Shown here: positions 26,362-35,390 of the stretch, piece by piece | Numbering within the stretch: position 1 is the first letter of the stretch | Layout of the letters: every line of letters starts with the position of its first letter | Assembly (NCBI GenBank): GCA_001780275.1 | Contig: MFGB01000020.1 | Span: forward strand, 40,813 to 104,812 | Length of the DNA stretch: 64,000 nt | Reading direction: 5' to 3' | From: Candidatus Falkowbacteria bacterium RIFOXYA2_FULL_47_19 | GTDB taxonomy: Bacteria; Patescibacteriota; Patescibacteriia; Patescibacteriales; UBA12075 | Notes under the pieces: model-generated | Told to the model about the DNA's origin: nothing | What the model saw: only the letters and a program-made list of their open reading frames with translations | Databases searched by the model: none | Position numbers and translations under genes: made by a program

Positions 26362-26500
26362 TTACCCGCCAGCCGCCGCCCCAATCCGCCAGCTGGCGGA
26401 GAGGAGGGGGTAACGACGCAAAACCCCTCTCCAGAATTGGAGAGGGGTGCCCCGCCCTTCGCGAAGGGCGGGGCGGGGTGAGGGAAGTTTGGGGAGGGCA
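26362..26500. repeat. G/C-tract palindromic repeat cluster
   Basis: Contains ccagctggcggagaggaggggg, cccctctcc-agaat-tggagagggg, ccccgccc-ttcgcgaa-gggcgggg and ggggtgaggg. Confidence 0.55.
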
Positions 26501-26538
26501 TTTGACCCGATGGAGGTATTTTTTGTTTTGCTTTCCCG

Positions 26539-26567
26539 TTGACAAAGGCCGCGGTTCGTGCTAAGGT
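26539..26567 (+). promoter_or_regulatory. Sigma70-like promoter
   Basis: TTGACA, 17-nt spacer, TAAGGT. Confidence 0.4.
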
Positions 26568-26639
26568 TTTTTGACCGGCCGCCGGGCAGGCGCCGGCAAG
26601 GAAAAGCGGCGGGACCGCTAAACACGAAGGAGGAGCAGC

Positions 26640-27176
26640 ATGTCAAAAAAAAGAAGTTTTCCAAAAGTGGTTTTTGACCACGAAGCGCGTCATCCCGATT
26701 ATAATATTTTTTACGGGATGTACTTTGACACCGAAGAAGAGGATATGAGGATCGTAAGTCTCCTCAAAAAACGGCTGGCCAGGAACAGCGAACTGGCCGC
26801 CTGGATCGAGCTTATAAGGGTTGAGTACCTGTCAACGAAAGAAAAGGAAAAACCGTGCACCTGTTTCAGTATCGTTTTAGCCAAGCAGGTATCAGGAGCG
26901 GCCGGCGTAGGCGAATTTAATTTTACTATTGCCTGGGACAGAGATTCTAAAACGGTTCTTTTCACGAGACGCAAATATCCGTCCGAGGAAAATAGCGGTC
27001 GTATTGATATCGTTAATCCGATACAACTAAAAAACGAAGGCGCGGATGAGATCGTTGACGCGATACTATACGGCATCCGGGCATCCCTGGATAAAATCCG
27101 CCTTGATATTCAGAATATCATAATGAGCATACCCTGCCGCATCAAGATCAGATCTTTTGAAGAAGTAAACAGATGA
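26640..27176 (+). CDS. Hypothetical protein
   Basis: Strong SD gaaggagga. 178 aa, no family recognised. Confidence 0.55.
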   Translation: MSKKRSFPKVVFDHEARHPDYNIFYGMYFDTEEEDMRIVSLLKKRLARNSELAAWIELIRVEYLSTKEKEKPCTCFSIVLAKQVSGAAGVGEFNFTIAWDRDSKTVLFTRRKYPSEENSGRIDIVNPIQLKNEGADEIVDAILYGIRASLDKIRLDIQNIIMSIPCRIKIRSFEEVNR

Positions 27177-27193
27177 AGAAGTAAACAGATCAT

Positions 27194-27236
27194 AAAAAAA
27201 CAGGCACCCTGCTTAAATCCGGCAGGGTGTTTTTAT
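27194..27236 (+). repeat. CACCC-type palindromic element
   Basis: aaaaaaacaggcaccctgc-ttaaatcc-ggcagggtgttttt. Confidence 0.55.
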
Positions 27237-27419
27237 TTTGCCTCGTCTCTTTACCGCCCGATCGACCACCGGAAAAATCCGGTAACCGTATAGTGACGGA
27301 AAATCGGAAAAAGCTGGGAAAATCGTTAAAATTTGTTAAGACTTGTTAGGGCTTGATTTTAACTAATACTGCGTTAAAAGCCCGTGTTTATTGGGTTTTC
27401 TAAAAACCCATTTATAATT

Positions 27420-27444
27420 TTCGAGCCCCGTCCGCTCCGCAAAA
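27420..27444 (+). repeat. Direct repeat, right copy (duplicate of the tRNA-Asp 3' end; att-like)
   Basis: 25/25 identity to 20560-20584, followed by a hairpin terminator at 27449-27478. Confidence 0.8.
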
Positions 27445-27603
27445 GAGAAAAGCGGACATTTTTCATGTCCGCTTTTTGGGAGTTAGTTCATATCCCGGTT
27501 TTTTACTATTCCTTGACGAAATTTAAAAAACATGCTATTATACTGCGATACTGGTAATAAATCTATTTTTGCTCTTAAAAACATATAGCAAAAGGAGATA
27601 ACA

Positions 27604-27840
27604 ATGAAATTATCGAACATCAACCGCGGTAATATTGAAGCCCAACTAAAAGAAACCGATCCCGAAAAACTGCATGAAAAGGCCACTGACTATTTTAAAT
27701 GCATTATGCAAATTCCCGAAAATGTAGATGAGCGCGGTGCGGCCACGATGTTTCTTTCCCTGGCCGCGTTTTTCCAGGCGCGGGCCGCCTACTACGCCGC
27801 CATGGCCGCAAAGCCGAAATTTGGTCGCCAAGACTGCTAA
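27604..27840 (+). CDS. Hypothetical small protein
   Basis: SD aaaaggaga upstream. 78 aa. Confidence 0.45.
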   Translation: MKLSNINRGNIEAQLKETDPEKLHEKATDYFKCIMQIPENVDERGAATMFLSLAAFFQARAAYYAAMAAKPKFGRQDC

Positions 27841-27938
27841 GGGTTCGATTCATCAAACCAACGCCCCACCCGTCAACGTGCGGGAGCGCCGACGTGAATG
27901 TTTTACAACCCCGTTCTTAAAAAAGGAGGAAATTAGGT

Positions 27939-28430
27939 ATGCGCGTGAATCTTAAAACGATCCTGGTCTTCGCTTTGCTGCTCGCCGCTTTTTCTTTACC
28001 GGCCGAGGCCGGGGAACTTGCCGCTAAAGAGGGCCAATATCTCGGCTGGGGAATTATTACGAAAACGGATCCCGGTTTTGCATCCGTTACATACCACTGG
28101 AAAACTTATCCGGATTATCCCGATAACGAAAATCACGTATTCTATCCCGGCGATCTTATCGCGCAGCAGAAAATAAACTGCTGCGATAGCGGAGCCATAA
28201 TTTATTCGTCCCTGTGCGCCGGCAAAGTACATCTCCTCGTAAGATTCAACGGATATAGAACGGCTCATCAGATTACCGAGTCCGTCTTGGATCCGGGCCA
28301 GGAAACGATCATCGGCTCCGTAGTTGATTCAGGCGATGCGGCCATTATTATCAAACTTTTAAGCATCGGGGCGAACGGCAAAGCGTCATTCGCTATATCG
28401 CAAATCACGTTACGGCAATTACGGAGGTAA
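27939..28430 (+). CDS. Secreted hypothetical protein
   Basis: SD aaaaaggagga upstream. Signal peptide ends ...SLPAEA. Confidence 0.6.
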   Translation: MRVNLKTILVFALLLAAFSLPAEAGELAAKEGQYLGWGIITKTDPGFASVTYHWKTYPDYPDNENHVFYPGDLIAQQKINCCDSGAIIYSSLCAGKVHLLVRFNGYRTAHQITESVLDPGQETIIGSVVDSGDAAIIIKLLSIGANGKASFAISQITLRQLRR

Positions 28431-28434
28431 AATA

Positions 28435-28638
28435 TTGATCACGATATTCCCCGGCCGCGCGAGCGCCAAAAAAACCAAACGGATAGCCAAGCCGACTTAC
28501 TGGGATATCCGGTTGAAGGAAACGATACTGGATGAAATATCTTCCCTTCCCGGCGAGAAACCGGTTCGCGCGCGGACCGGAACGCGCCCGAGCGGAGATC
28601 TTATGAGAACCCGACTCATCGGACGGATCTGTTCTTAA
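28435..28638 (+). CDS. Possible small basic protein (TTG start)
   Basis: GGAGG 8 nt upstream of the TTG, 4 nt after the upstream stop. A terminator lies at about 28665-28695. Confidence 0.35.
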   Translation: MITIFPGRASAKKTKRIAKPTYWDIRLKETILDEISSLPGEKPVRARTGTRPSGDLMRTRLIGRICS

Positions 28639-28907
28639 ATATTAAATAATTCTTTCCCTTAAACAAATAACCGTTGGCATAACCAACGGTTTTTTATATT
28701 CATTTTTCGTTTTTAAAGCGATCGTATACCCTTATAGTCCGGCCGGCATCGATCACGCCGATCTTCGGATCAACGGTTTTGCGCTAATCCCGGATTTTTT
28801 AATCCATTATTTACTTTAAATTGTTTATACTGTTTATATATGATTTTAATTATCTCGCGCGAGAGCCGGAAAAATTTGACAAATCGACTCAGCCTGTTAA
28901 AATTTAT

Positions 28908-29948
28908 ATGAAAATAGCACAAGTAGCGCCCATAATCGAACGCATTCCCCCGAAAAAATACGGCGGCATAGAAAGGGTCGTTTACGCCCTGACCGAAGGA
29001 CTCGTAAGGCGCGGCCATGACGTTACCCTGTTTGCCAGCGGCGACTCGGTTACCGCCGCTAAACTGTCGTCGGTTTATCCGCAAAGCCTCCGCGAGACGA
29101 GGGTAAGCGATCTTTACGGATTGAACGTCCTTTCCCTCCTTAATATCGGGGCCGCGTACGACCGTCAGGATGAGTTCGATATAATACACGAACATAACGG
29201 CTATACCGCCCTGCCGACGGCGCAGATCGCCCGCAAGCCGGTGATCATGACGATGCACGGCCCGTTCACGCCGGAGGTCGCGAGGGTGTTTAAAATGCTT
29301 AATAAACCGTTTTTGGTTACCATTTCCCGGGCTCAGGCGGAAAACGTCCCCGGCATAAACCTTTTAGGAACTATCTATCACGGACTTGATATGGAAAACT
29401 ATCCTTTTTCCGGGGAGCACGAAGGCTATTTGCTTTTCGTGGGGCGGATATCGCTCGAAAAAGGAACGCACCTCGCGATCCAAACCGCCATCTACCTGAA
29501 CCTGCCCCTCGTGATCGCGGCCAAGCTTGAAGAGACGGACATGTCCTATTTTAAGCAGTATGTCGGTCCCCATCTGTCCGAAAGGATAAGATGGGTGGGG
29601 GAGGTGGAAGAAGAAGAGCGTAACCGCCTCATGAGCAAGGCCCTGTGTTTTCTCCATCCCGTTACTTGGAGAGAACCGTTCGGCCTTACCCTGATCGAGG
29701 CTATGGCCTGCGGATGCCCGGTTGTGGCGATGAACCATGGGTCGATCCCGGAGATCGTCAGGGACAACGAAACCGGATTCGTCGTATCAAGCCTCCTCGG
29801 GATGATCGAAGCGGTTAAAAATATCGAAAAAATTGACCGCGCGCGCTGCCGGGAGTACGCGCTTAAGAATTTCAATACCGATAAAATGACCCGAGCGTAT
29901 GAAGATTTATATTTAAAAGCCATACAAGCCGCTTCCGACAAGGGCTAA
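28908..29948 (+). CDS. Glycosyltransferase family 4 (GT-B)
   Basis: Starts MKIAQVAPIIERIPPKKYGGIERVV, with the EX7E region EPFGLTLIEAMACGCPVVA. The internal ATG of the track ORF is used. Confidence 0.85.
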   Translation: MKIAQVAPIIERIPPKKYGGIERVVYALTEGLVRRGHDVTLFASGDSVTAAKLSSVYPQSLRETRVSDLYGLNVLSLLNIGAAYDRQDEFDIIHEHNGYTALPTAQIARKPVIMTMHGPFTPEVARVFKMLNKPFLVTISRAQAENVPGINLLGTIYHGLDMENYPFSGEHEGYLLFVGRISLEKGTHLAIQTAIYLNLPLVIAAKLEETDMSYFKQYVGPHLSERIRWVGEVEEEERNRLMSKALCFLHPVTWREPFGLTLIEAMACGCPVVAMNHGSIPEIVRDNETGFVVSSLLGMIEAVKNIEKIDRARCREYALKNFNTDKMTRAYEDLYLKAIQAASDKG

Positions 29949-29975
29949 ACGGCATTTGGAACAAGACGAAACAAC

Positions 29976-31286
29976 ATGACCGATAAAACGAACAAACCGG
30001 ATTATCTTGAGTTAAAGGAGCTGGCCCTTAAAACCTTAGGCGAGCTTGAAACCGATTACGGCATTCTCGCCTCCGGACGGAACGAACTTTTCGGCTGCCT
30101 TTTCGGGCGTGATTCGCTTATTACCGCCCTAAAACTGCTTCAGGCTTACCGCTATGAAAAAAATCCCTATTATCTCGCTTTAACGAAAAAGATCATAGCT
30201 AACCTGGCGGCGCTCCAGGGGAAAAACGATAATATCGAAAGCGGCGAACAACCGGGCAAGATAATCCACGAATACCGGATAGACAACCACGAACGCCTGA
30301 CGGCCCGGGCGGTCAAACCCTGGTATATCTACAGCGACGGCACTATGCGGAATTACGACAGCCTGGACGCGACGCCCTTGTTCCTTATCGCCGCTTACCG
30401 TTATTGGCAATACAGCGGCGACAACGAATTTATCCAAAACCTGCTCGCGCCGATCAAAGCGGCTTTGCTCTGGATCGACGAATACGGCGACACGGATAAC
30501 GACAACCTCATCGATTACCGGCTTGATCCGGGCCGTAATCACGGCGGTCTTATTTGCCAAAACTGGATGGACAGCACGGAATCGCTTTTTCACGACGACG
30601 GCACGCCGCCCGTTTTTCCGGTCGCGCCCGCGGAAGCGCAAGGTTATGCCTATATGTCCTTAAGGCTTTGGGCGAGATTTTTCCGCGCTCGGGACGGCGA
30701 GTTCTCCGTCCGGCTGACCCGGAGCGCCGATCGCCTTAAAGCAAGTTTTATCGAACGCTTTATCGTAAACCGTAACAATGAAACGGCTTTTGCCAGCAAC
30801 GTCGACAGTACCGGGCCGATGATAACGGCCAGGTCGAATATCGGCCACCTGCTCTGGTCGTGTCTTAACAAGACCGATGACGGCGGAACCGACTGCATAG
30901 TGCCCGACGCCCACATTCCGGCATTGGTAAAACGCATTTTGTCACCCGATCTTTACGAGCCTAAGGCCGGTATCCGTACTTTAAGCCGGCTGTCCGGCAA
31001 CTTTGACCCCCGGGGTTATCATAACGGCTCGATCTGGCCGCACGATAATAGCCTGATCGCCGAAGGCCTGGATAATCTTTCTTATCACGAAGAAGCGCGG
31101 CGCTTAAGAAGAGCGGTACTGGATTCTCTTTATTATTTTAAAACCCCGGTGGAATTGTACGCTTTCGACAATAACCGCCATCAGGAATATGTTTCCCGCC
31201 AGGGCCAATCGGCCTGCCGCCAGCAAGCCTGGAGCGCGGCCGCCATGCTTTCCGACGCTTTAAAGGAAATAAATCGGATCGATTGA
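29976..31286 (+). CDS. Amylo-alpha-1,6-glucosidase / glycogen-debranching-enzyme-like (six-hairpin glycosidase)
   Basis: GRDSLITALKLL, QNWMDS and YHNGSIWPHDN motifs typical of the GDE_C family. Confidence 0.75.
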   Translation: MTDKTNKPDYLELKELALKTLGELETDYGILASGRNELFGCLFGRDSLITALKLLQAYRYEKNPYYLALTKKIIANLAALQGKNDNIESGEQPGKIIHEYRIDNHERLTARAVKPWYIYSDGTMRNYDSLDATPLFLIAAYRYWQYSGDNEFIQNLLAPIKAALLWIDEYGDTDNDNLIDYRLDPGRNHGGLICQNWMDSTESLFHDDGTPPVFPVAPAEAQGYAYMSLRLWARFFRARDGEFSVRLTRSADRLKASFIERFIVNRNNETAFASNVDSTGPMITARSNIGHLLWSCLNKTDDGGTDCIVPDAHIPALVKRILSPDLYEPKAGIRTLSRLSGNFDPRGYHNGSIWPHDNSLIAEGLDNLSYHEEARRLRRAVLDSLYYFKTPVELYAFDNNRHQEYVSRQGQSACRQQAWSAAAMLSDALKEINRID

Positions 31287-31385
31287 CCTTAACCGTTGGA
31301 CAAGAAACCGATTATGTGCGAACATAGATTATATTATAACTTGGTTTTTTTAAAAATTTCTAGCGCGGAAAACGGGGGTATTTAA

Positions 31386-31769
31386 GTGAAAAGAAGTAAA
31401 TTTTTCGTTTCTTTGGGGATCGCTATCGCTGCCGTCGGCCTAATCGTGTCTGGCGGAATTTCAGAAGAAAAAAAATCCGCCCTGGTCGCCAAAATAGAAT
31501 GCGACCGGGGAAATACGGATATAATCCGGATAATCGATGAAAACGGAACGACATTCATGATCAGAGCCGATTCAGGAAATATATATCGGGCGATCACGAC
31601 AACCAACGACGTCTCGACGAAAACCCGCTACTTTTTTTATCAAAAAGGCTACGCGATGGACGTAAATATTCCCTTCGGGGAATGGATGGAAAAATTAGCC
31701 GCGGACTGCCCCGATTATCACAAATACATTCAGAAAAAGGAAAACGATTGCCGGATAATATCTGAATAA
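31386..31769 (+). CDS. Hypothetical membrane-anchored protein (GTG start)
   Basis: N-terminal TM FFVSLGIAIAAVGLIVSGGI. SD-like aacggggg upstream. Confidence 0.45.
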   Translation: MKRSKFFVSLGIAIAAVGLIVSGGISEEKKSALVAKIECDRGNTDIIRIIDENGTTFMIRADSGNIYRAITTTNDVSTKTRYFFYQKGYAMDVNIPFGEWMEKLAADCPDYHKYIQKKENDCRIISE

Positions 31770-31890
31770 ATCCTCGTTTCCGGCGGTTTTAAACAAGAAA
31801 GGCTCCATAACGGCGCCTTTTTAATTTATTTTTAATAATTTAATGTTATTCTTAAATTATATTAACAAATAATTAATCGAGACTAAATTT

Positions 31891-32289
31891 ATGAGGGGAT
31901 TTAATTCCAACATCGAAAAAGACACCCTGGAAAACGACAACTTCCGGAAAGTACTTTATACCGGAAAAAACAGCCAGCTGGTCCTGATGAGCCTTAAGCC
32001 GGGCGAAGAGATCGGCTCCGAAACCCATTTTGACAACGATCAGTTCTTCCGCTTCGAAAAGGGGAAAGGAAAATGCGTTATCGACGGGAATGAATACGCG
32101 GTCGGTGACGGTACGGCCATCGTCGTGCCCGCCGGCGCGGAACACAACCTCATGAACGTGTCCGATTCCGAGGATTTGAAACTTTATACGATCTATTCTC
32201 CGGCGCATCACAAGGACGGTATCGTGCGCGCCACGAAAAAAGAGGCTGCGGCCAACGAAGCGGAATTCGACGGAAAAACCACCGAATAA
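31891..32289 (+). CDS. Cupin-domain protein
   Basis: GEEIGSETH....F.F.KG.G...IDG..Y.V.DGTAIVVPAGAEHN matches the cupin_2 pattern. Confidence 0.75.
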   Translation: MRGFNSNIEKDTLENDNFRKVLYTGKNSQLVLMSLKPGEEIGSETHFDNDQFFRFEKGKGKCVIDGNEYAVGDGTAIVVPAGAEHNLMNVSDSEDLKLYTIYSPAHHKDGIVRATKKEAAANEAEFDGKTTE

Positions 32290-32418
32290 ATATAATAAAA
32301 ATTTGGAACCGAAAATCTGAAATAAACTTTTTAAAAGCGGAGAATAGTCTCCGCTTTTAATTATCCGTTAATCATATTAATATAAAATTTATAAGTAATT
32401 AACATAATAATTAATAAT

Positions 32419-32823
32419 ATGAACAGAATAATACATTTCGAAATACAGGCGGACAACCCCGAACAGGCGGCGGAATTTTACCGCCATGTATTCGGCTGGA
32501 ATATCGAAAAATACAAGGGGGACGATCTTGGTTTTGAGTACTGGATGGTCATGACTGCCGAGGAGGACAGCCGGGAGCCGGGTATAAACGGCGGGCTCCT
32601 TAAACGCCCCGCCGGAACACCGCCGCCGGAATGTGGCACTAACGCTTATGTCTGCAGCGTGGTTGTCGAAAATTTCGACAAAACCGCCGAAAAAATAAAA
32701 AAGGCCGGCGGCCAGGTGGCTATGCCTAAATTCGCTCTTCCCGGAATGGCCTGGCAGGGATATTTTATAGACACCGAGGGCAATACTTTCGGGGTGCACG
32801 CGCCGGATAAAAACGCCAAATAA
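32419..32823 (+). CDS. VOC (glyoxalase/bleomycin-resistance) family protein
   Basis: IIHFEIQADNPEQAAEFYRHVFGW ... GYFIDTEGNTFGVH. Confidence 0.8.
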   Translation: MNRIIHFEIQADNPEQAAEFYRHVFGWNIEKYKGDDLGFEYWMVMTAEEDSREPGINGGLLKRPAGTPPPECGTNAYVCSVVVENFDKTAEKIKKAGGQVAMPKFALPGMAWQGYFIDTEGNTFGVHAPDKNAK

Positions 32824-32839
32824 CGATTAAATTAAATTT

Positions 32840-33217
32840 ATGGCAAAACAAAAAAGCGCGTACGTCGACGGATTCGTATTAGTGGTACCGGAAAAAAATC
32901 TGTCCGCTTACAAAAAAATGGCTCAAAAAGCGGGAAAGATTTGGCGCAAATACGGCGCCCTGGACTATAAGGAATGCGTCGGCGATGACCTGAAGACGAA
33001 GTGGGGCGTCCCGTTCCCGAAACTGGTTCGGCTCAAACGGGATGAGATCGTGGTTTTCTCCTACGTAACTTATCGGTCGCGCGCGCATCGCGATCGCGTC
33101 AACGCGCTGGTAATGAAGGATCCGTTCATGAACGACGCGGCATACAAAGACAAACCGATGCCCTTCGACGTGAAGCGCATGGTTTACGGCGGCTTCAAGG
33201 TTTTGGTTGACGGCTAA
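32840..33217 (+). CDS. DUF1428-family protein
   Basis: YVDGFVLVVPEKNLSAYKKMAQKAGKIWRKYGALDYKECVGDDL ... FDVKRMVYGGF. Confidence 0.78.
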   Translation: MAKQKSAYVDGFVLVVPEKNLSAYKKMAQKAGKIWRKYGALDYKECVGDDLKTKWGVPFPKLVRLKRDEIVVFSYVTYRSRAHRDRVNALVMKDPFMNDAAYKDKPMPFDVKRMVYGGFKVLVDG

Positions 33218-33564
33218 ACTTCAGGGCGCTAAAAAATTCGAGAAAAAGACGGAGTCCGATGGATTCCGTCTTTGAATATCGCCCGAAATATGCTATATTT
33301 GAATCATAATATTTATCTATGTCTCACGATATCGAATCAAACTATACCGAGGATTATTGGAACGACGAGAAACAATGCCCGCATTGCAGCAGTTCCGATA
33401 CTCGGGGTGAAGAAATTTTTTGCCGGGAACTCGGGCAAAGGGTGCCGAAAACGGCTCATTGTGATTTTTTCCAATCGGTAGATTAAAAAAAGGTTTCCCG
33501 AAAAAAAGTTTAAACCGTTTAAAAACGGCTGTTTTTACGATTAAACCGATTTTAAAACCCACTC

Positions 33565-33593
33565 TTGACAATTAACGGTTTTTATCATAGTAT
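33565..33593 (+). promoter_or_regulatory. Sigma70-like promoter upstream of rplS
   Basis: TTGACA, 17-nt spacer, TAGTAT. Confidence 0.5.
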
Positions 33594-33662
33594 TAGAGAA
33601 GAATAATTAAATAAAAACATCGTCTAATAGAACCCGATTGTTCTATTTTTATATTACTTTAT

Positions 33663-34046
33663 ATGACCAACGATAAAAAAGAAAAAAAATCCCCGACGGC
33701 AACCGATAAAAAAGAAGAGGCCGCAAAAAACACCCAGGATCTAAAGCCCGGCATGACCGTGCGTATTTACCAAAAGATCAAGGAATTGAACGCGAAAGGA
33801 GAGGAAAAAGAGAGGGTGCAGTATTTCGAGGGCATGATCATTGCCCGCAAACACGGCCGGGAAAATGGCGCCACCATAACGGTTCGCAAGGTTTCCGACG
33901 GCGTGGGCGTGGAAAAAATATATCCTCTGGCTTTGCCGACGATCGAAAAGATTGAGATCAAAAAGCAGGCGCAGGTACGGCGGGCAAAATTAACCTTCCT
34001 CCGCGGAGACTATAAAAAACGGTTAAAAGAAAAAAAGATCGCCTAG
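33663..34046 (+). CDS. rplS: 50S ribosomal protein L19 with a short Lys-rich N-terminal extension
   Basis: GMTVRIYQKI.E....ERVQYFEGMIIARKH....ATITVRK...GVGVEKIYPL..P.IEKIEI. Confidence 0.92.
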   Translation: MTNDKKEKKSPTATDKKEEAAKNTQDLKPGMTVRIYQKIKELNAKGEEKERVQYFEGMIIARKHGRENGATITVRKVSDGVGVEKIYPLALPTIEKIEIKKQAQVRRAKLTFLRGDYKKRLKEKKIA

Positions 34047-34135
34047 GCGAATCGATAATATCATATATCCGTTTCTGGATATTTTTTACGTTTGGACCTA
34101 AAGCCAAATAATTCGATATGATATTTAAAATATAA

Positions 34136-34215
34136 CCGGACGTGGTGGAATATTTGAGCACGCCCCGCCCTGGGCGGGGTGGGGGCAACCTCGTGAAGGT
34201 TTTAAGCCCGAGGCG
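34136..34215 (+). pseudogene. tRNA-Leu(GAG)-like fragment with the anticodon arm replaced by a GC hairpin
   Basis: ccggacgtggtggaat... and ...tcgtgaaggtt match the 5' and variable/T regions of the adjacent tRNA-Leu. The centre is ccccgcc-ctg-ggcgggg, and there is no 3' acceptor. Confidence 0.4.
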
Positions 34216-34289
34216 GATCAGCCGCGGGCTGACAAGTCTTTAGACGTTTAAAGCAGCGATATTTTTTAAAAATTTATTTTAAATCATTA

Positions 34290-34373
<84 letters not shown>

Positions 34374-34389
34374 CACAAAAATAATATCA

Positions 34390-34463
34390 GGACGCGTAGC
34401 TCAGCTGGTTAGAGCACCTCGTTTACACCGAGGGGGTCCTAGGTTCGAATCCTTGCGCGTCCA
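34390..34463 (+). tRNA. tRNA-Val (anticodon TAC), CCA not encoded
   Basis: Acceptor ggacgcg/cgcgtcc, anticodon arm cctcg-tttacac-cgagg, T loop ttcgaat. Confidence 0.9.
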
Positions 34464-34578
34464 CGATGAAATTTTTTGTTTACATTTTTTATAAAAAAAC
34501 AGAACAAACTCTCCGATAATATTGGCAAATACAGCAATAAGCGCCTTAAAAATTTATTATGCAAGGGGGTAAACACGA

Positions 34579-34833
34579 TTGTATCGATTCAAAGAGGTTA
34601 AAAATAACCGTTGGATAATAGAAAAATTTTATGGATTACTTCGTATCGGCATCTGGTTGCCGGTTAAAGAGAGGTATTATAGTAGCCGCCTTATTCCCCT
34701 TCCGCCGCATATTGATATTGACAACCCTGAAATAAAAAAATTTACCACTAAAAACGAAGCGGCCGTTTGGCTGAAAAACAGGGGTGGCCGCACCGCAAGA
34801 GTCGTTTACAGAAAATACCAGTTCCATTTTTAA
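34579..34833 (+). CDS. Possible small protein (TTG start)
   Basis: aaggggg 8 nt upstream of the TTG. A hairpin terminator follows at about 34855-34885. Confidence 0.35.
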   Translation: MYRFKEVKNNRWIIEKFYGLLRIGIWLPVKERYYSSRLIPLPPHIDIDNPEIKKFTTKNEAAVWLKNRGGRTARVVYRKYQFHF

Positions 34834-34949
34834 TTAAAAAATCAAAATAAAGCACAGGATACAATAGTATCCTTTTTTATTATTTTAAAATTATTGAATA
34901 GAGGGGGTTTTTACTTTATTTTTTCAAAAAAATGCGCTAGAATGAGAGC

Positions 34950-35378
34950 ATGTTAAAAATAATCACAAAATCAGAAGAAGCCACCCAGGTTTTCGCAAAA
35001 AAATACGCCGAAACCATAGGAGGCGGCGACGTGATAGGCCTGATCGGCGATTTGGGCGCGGGTAAAACCGTATTTACCAGAGGTCTGGCCGAGGCGTTCG
35101 GGATAAAGCGAAGCGTTAACAGCCCGACATTTACCTTAATGAAGGTTTATAAAATTCCAAAAAAAGAATCGTCCATAAAACACTTGGTGCATATTGACGC
35201 CTATCGTTTAAAAAACGCCCGGGAATTATCAAGCATCGGCGCGGAAGAATATTTCGGCCGCGTAGACACAGTGACGATCATCGAATGGGCCGACAAAATA
35301 AAAAAGATCCTGCCGAAAAAAACCAGGTTTATAAAACTAAAGCACGATAAAGACAATAAAAGAATAATTTACTATTAA
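34950..35378 (+). CDS. tsaE: tRNA t6A37 biosynthesis ATPase TsaE
   Basis: GDLGAGKTVFTRGL, SPTFTL, HIDAYR and IIEW motifs. Confidence 0.88.
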   Translation: MLKIITKSEEATQVFAKKYAETIGGGDVIGLIGDLGAGKTVFTRGLAEAFGIKRSVNSPTFTLMKVYKIPKKESSIKHLVHIDAYRLKNARELSSIGAEEYFGRVDTVTIIEWADKIKKILPKKTRFIKLKHDKDNKRIIYY

Positions 35379-35390
35379 TTTTTTAATTTT

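Noticed and set aside
26280-26664. Three overlapping minus-strand ORFs (26280..26501, 26357..26545, 26362..26664)
   Set aside because: They run through the G/C-tract palindromic repeat cluster. The Pro/Gly/Arg-rich translations are typical artefacts of such repeats.
23171-27236. Interpreting the CACCCCGCC palindromic elements as integron attC sites bounding gene cassettes
   Set aside because: There is no RYYYAAC/GTTRRRY core sites, no intI integrase and no attI. The A-run/stem/T-run layout is that of terminator-like hairpins.
33319-33486. 55-aa ORF with CPHC...C...HC (MSHDIESNYTEDYWNDEKQCPHCSSSDTRGEEIFCRELGQRVPKTAHCDFFQSVD)
   Set aside because: No recognisable SD or promoter was found and it is below the size where composition alone is convincing. 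It could be real but is unsupported from sequence alone.
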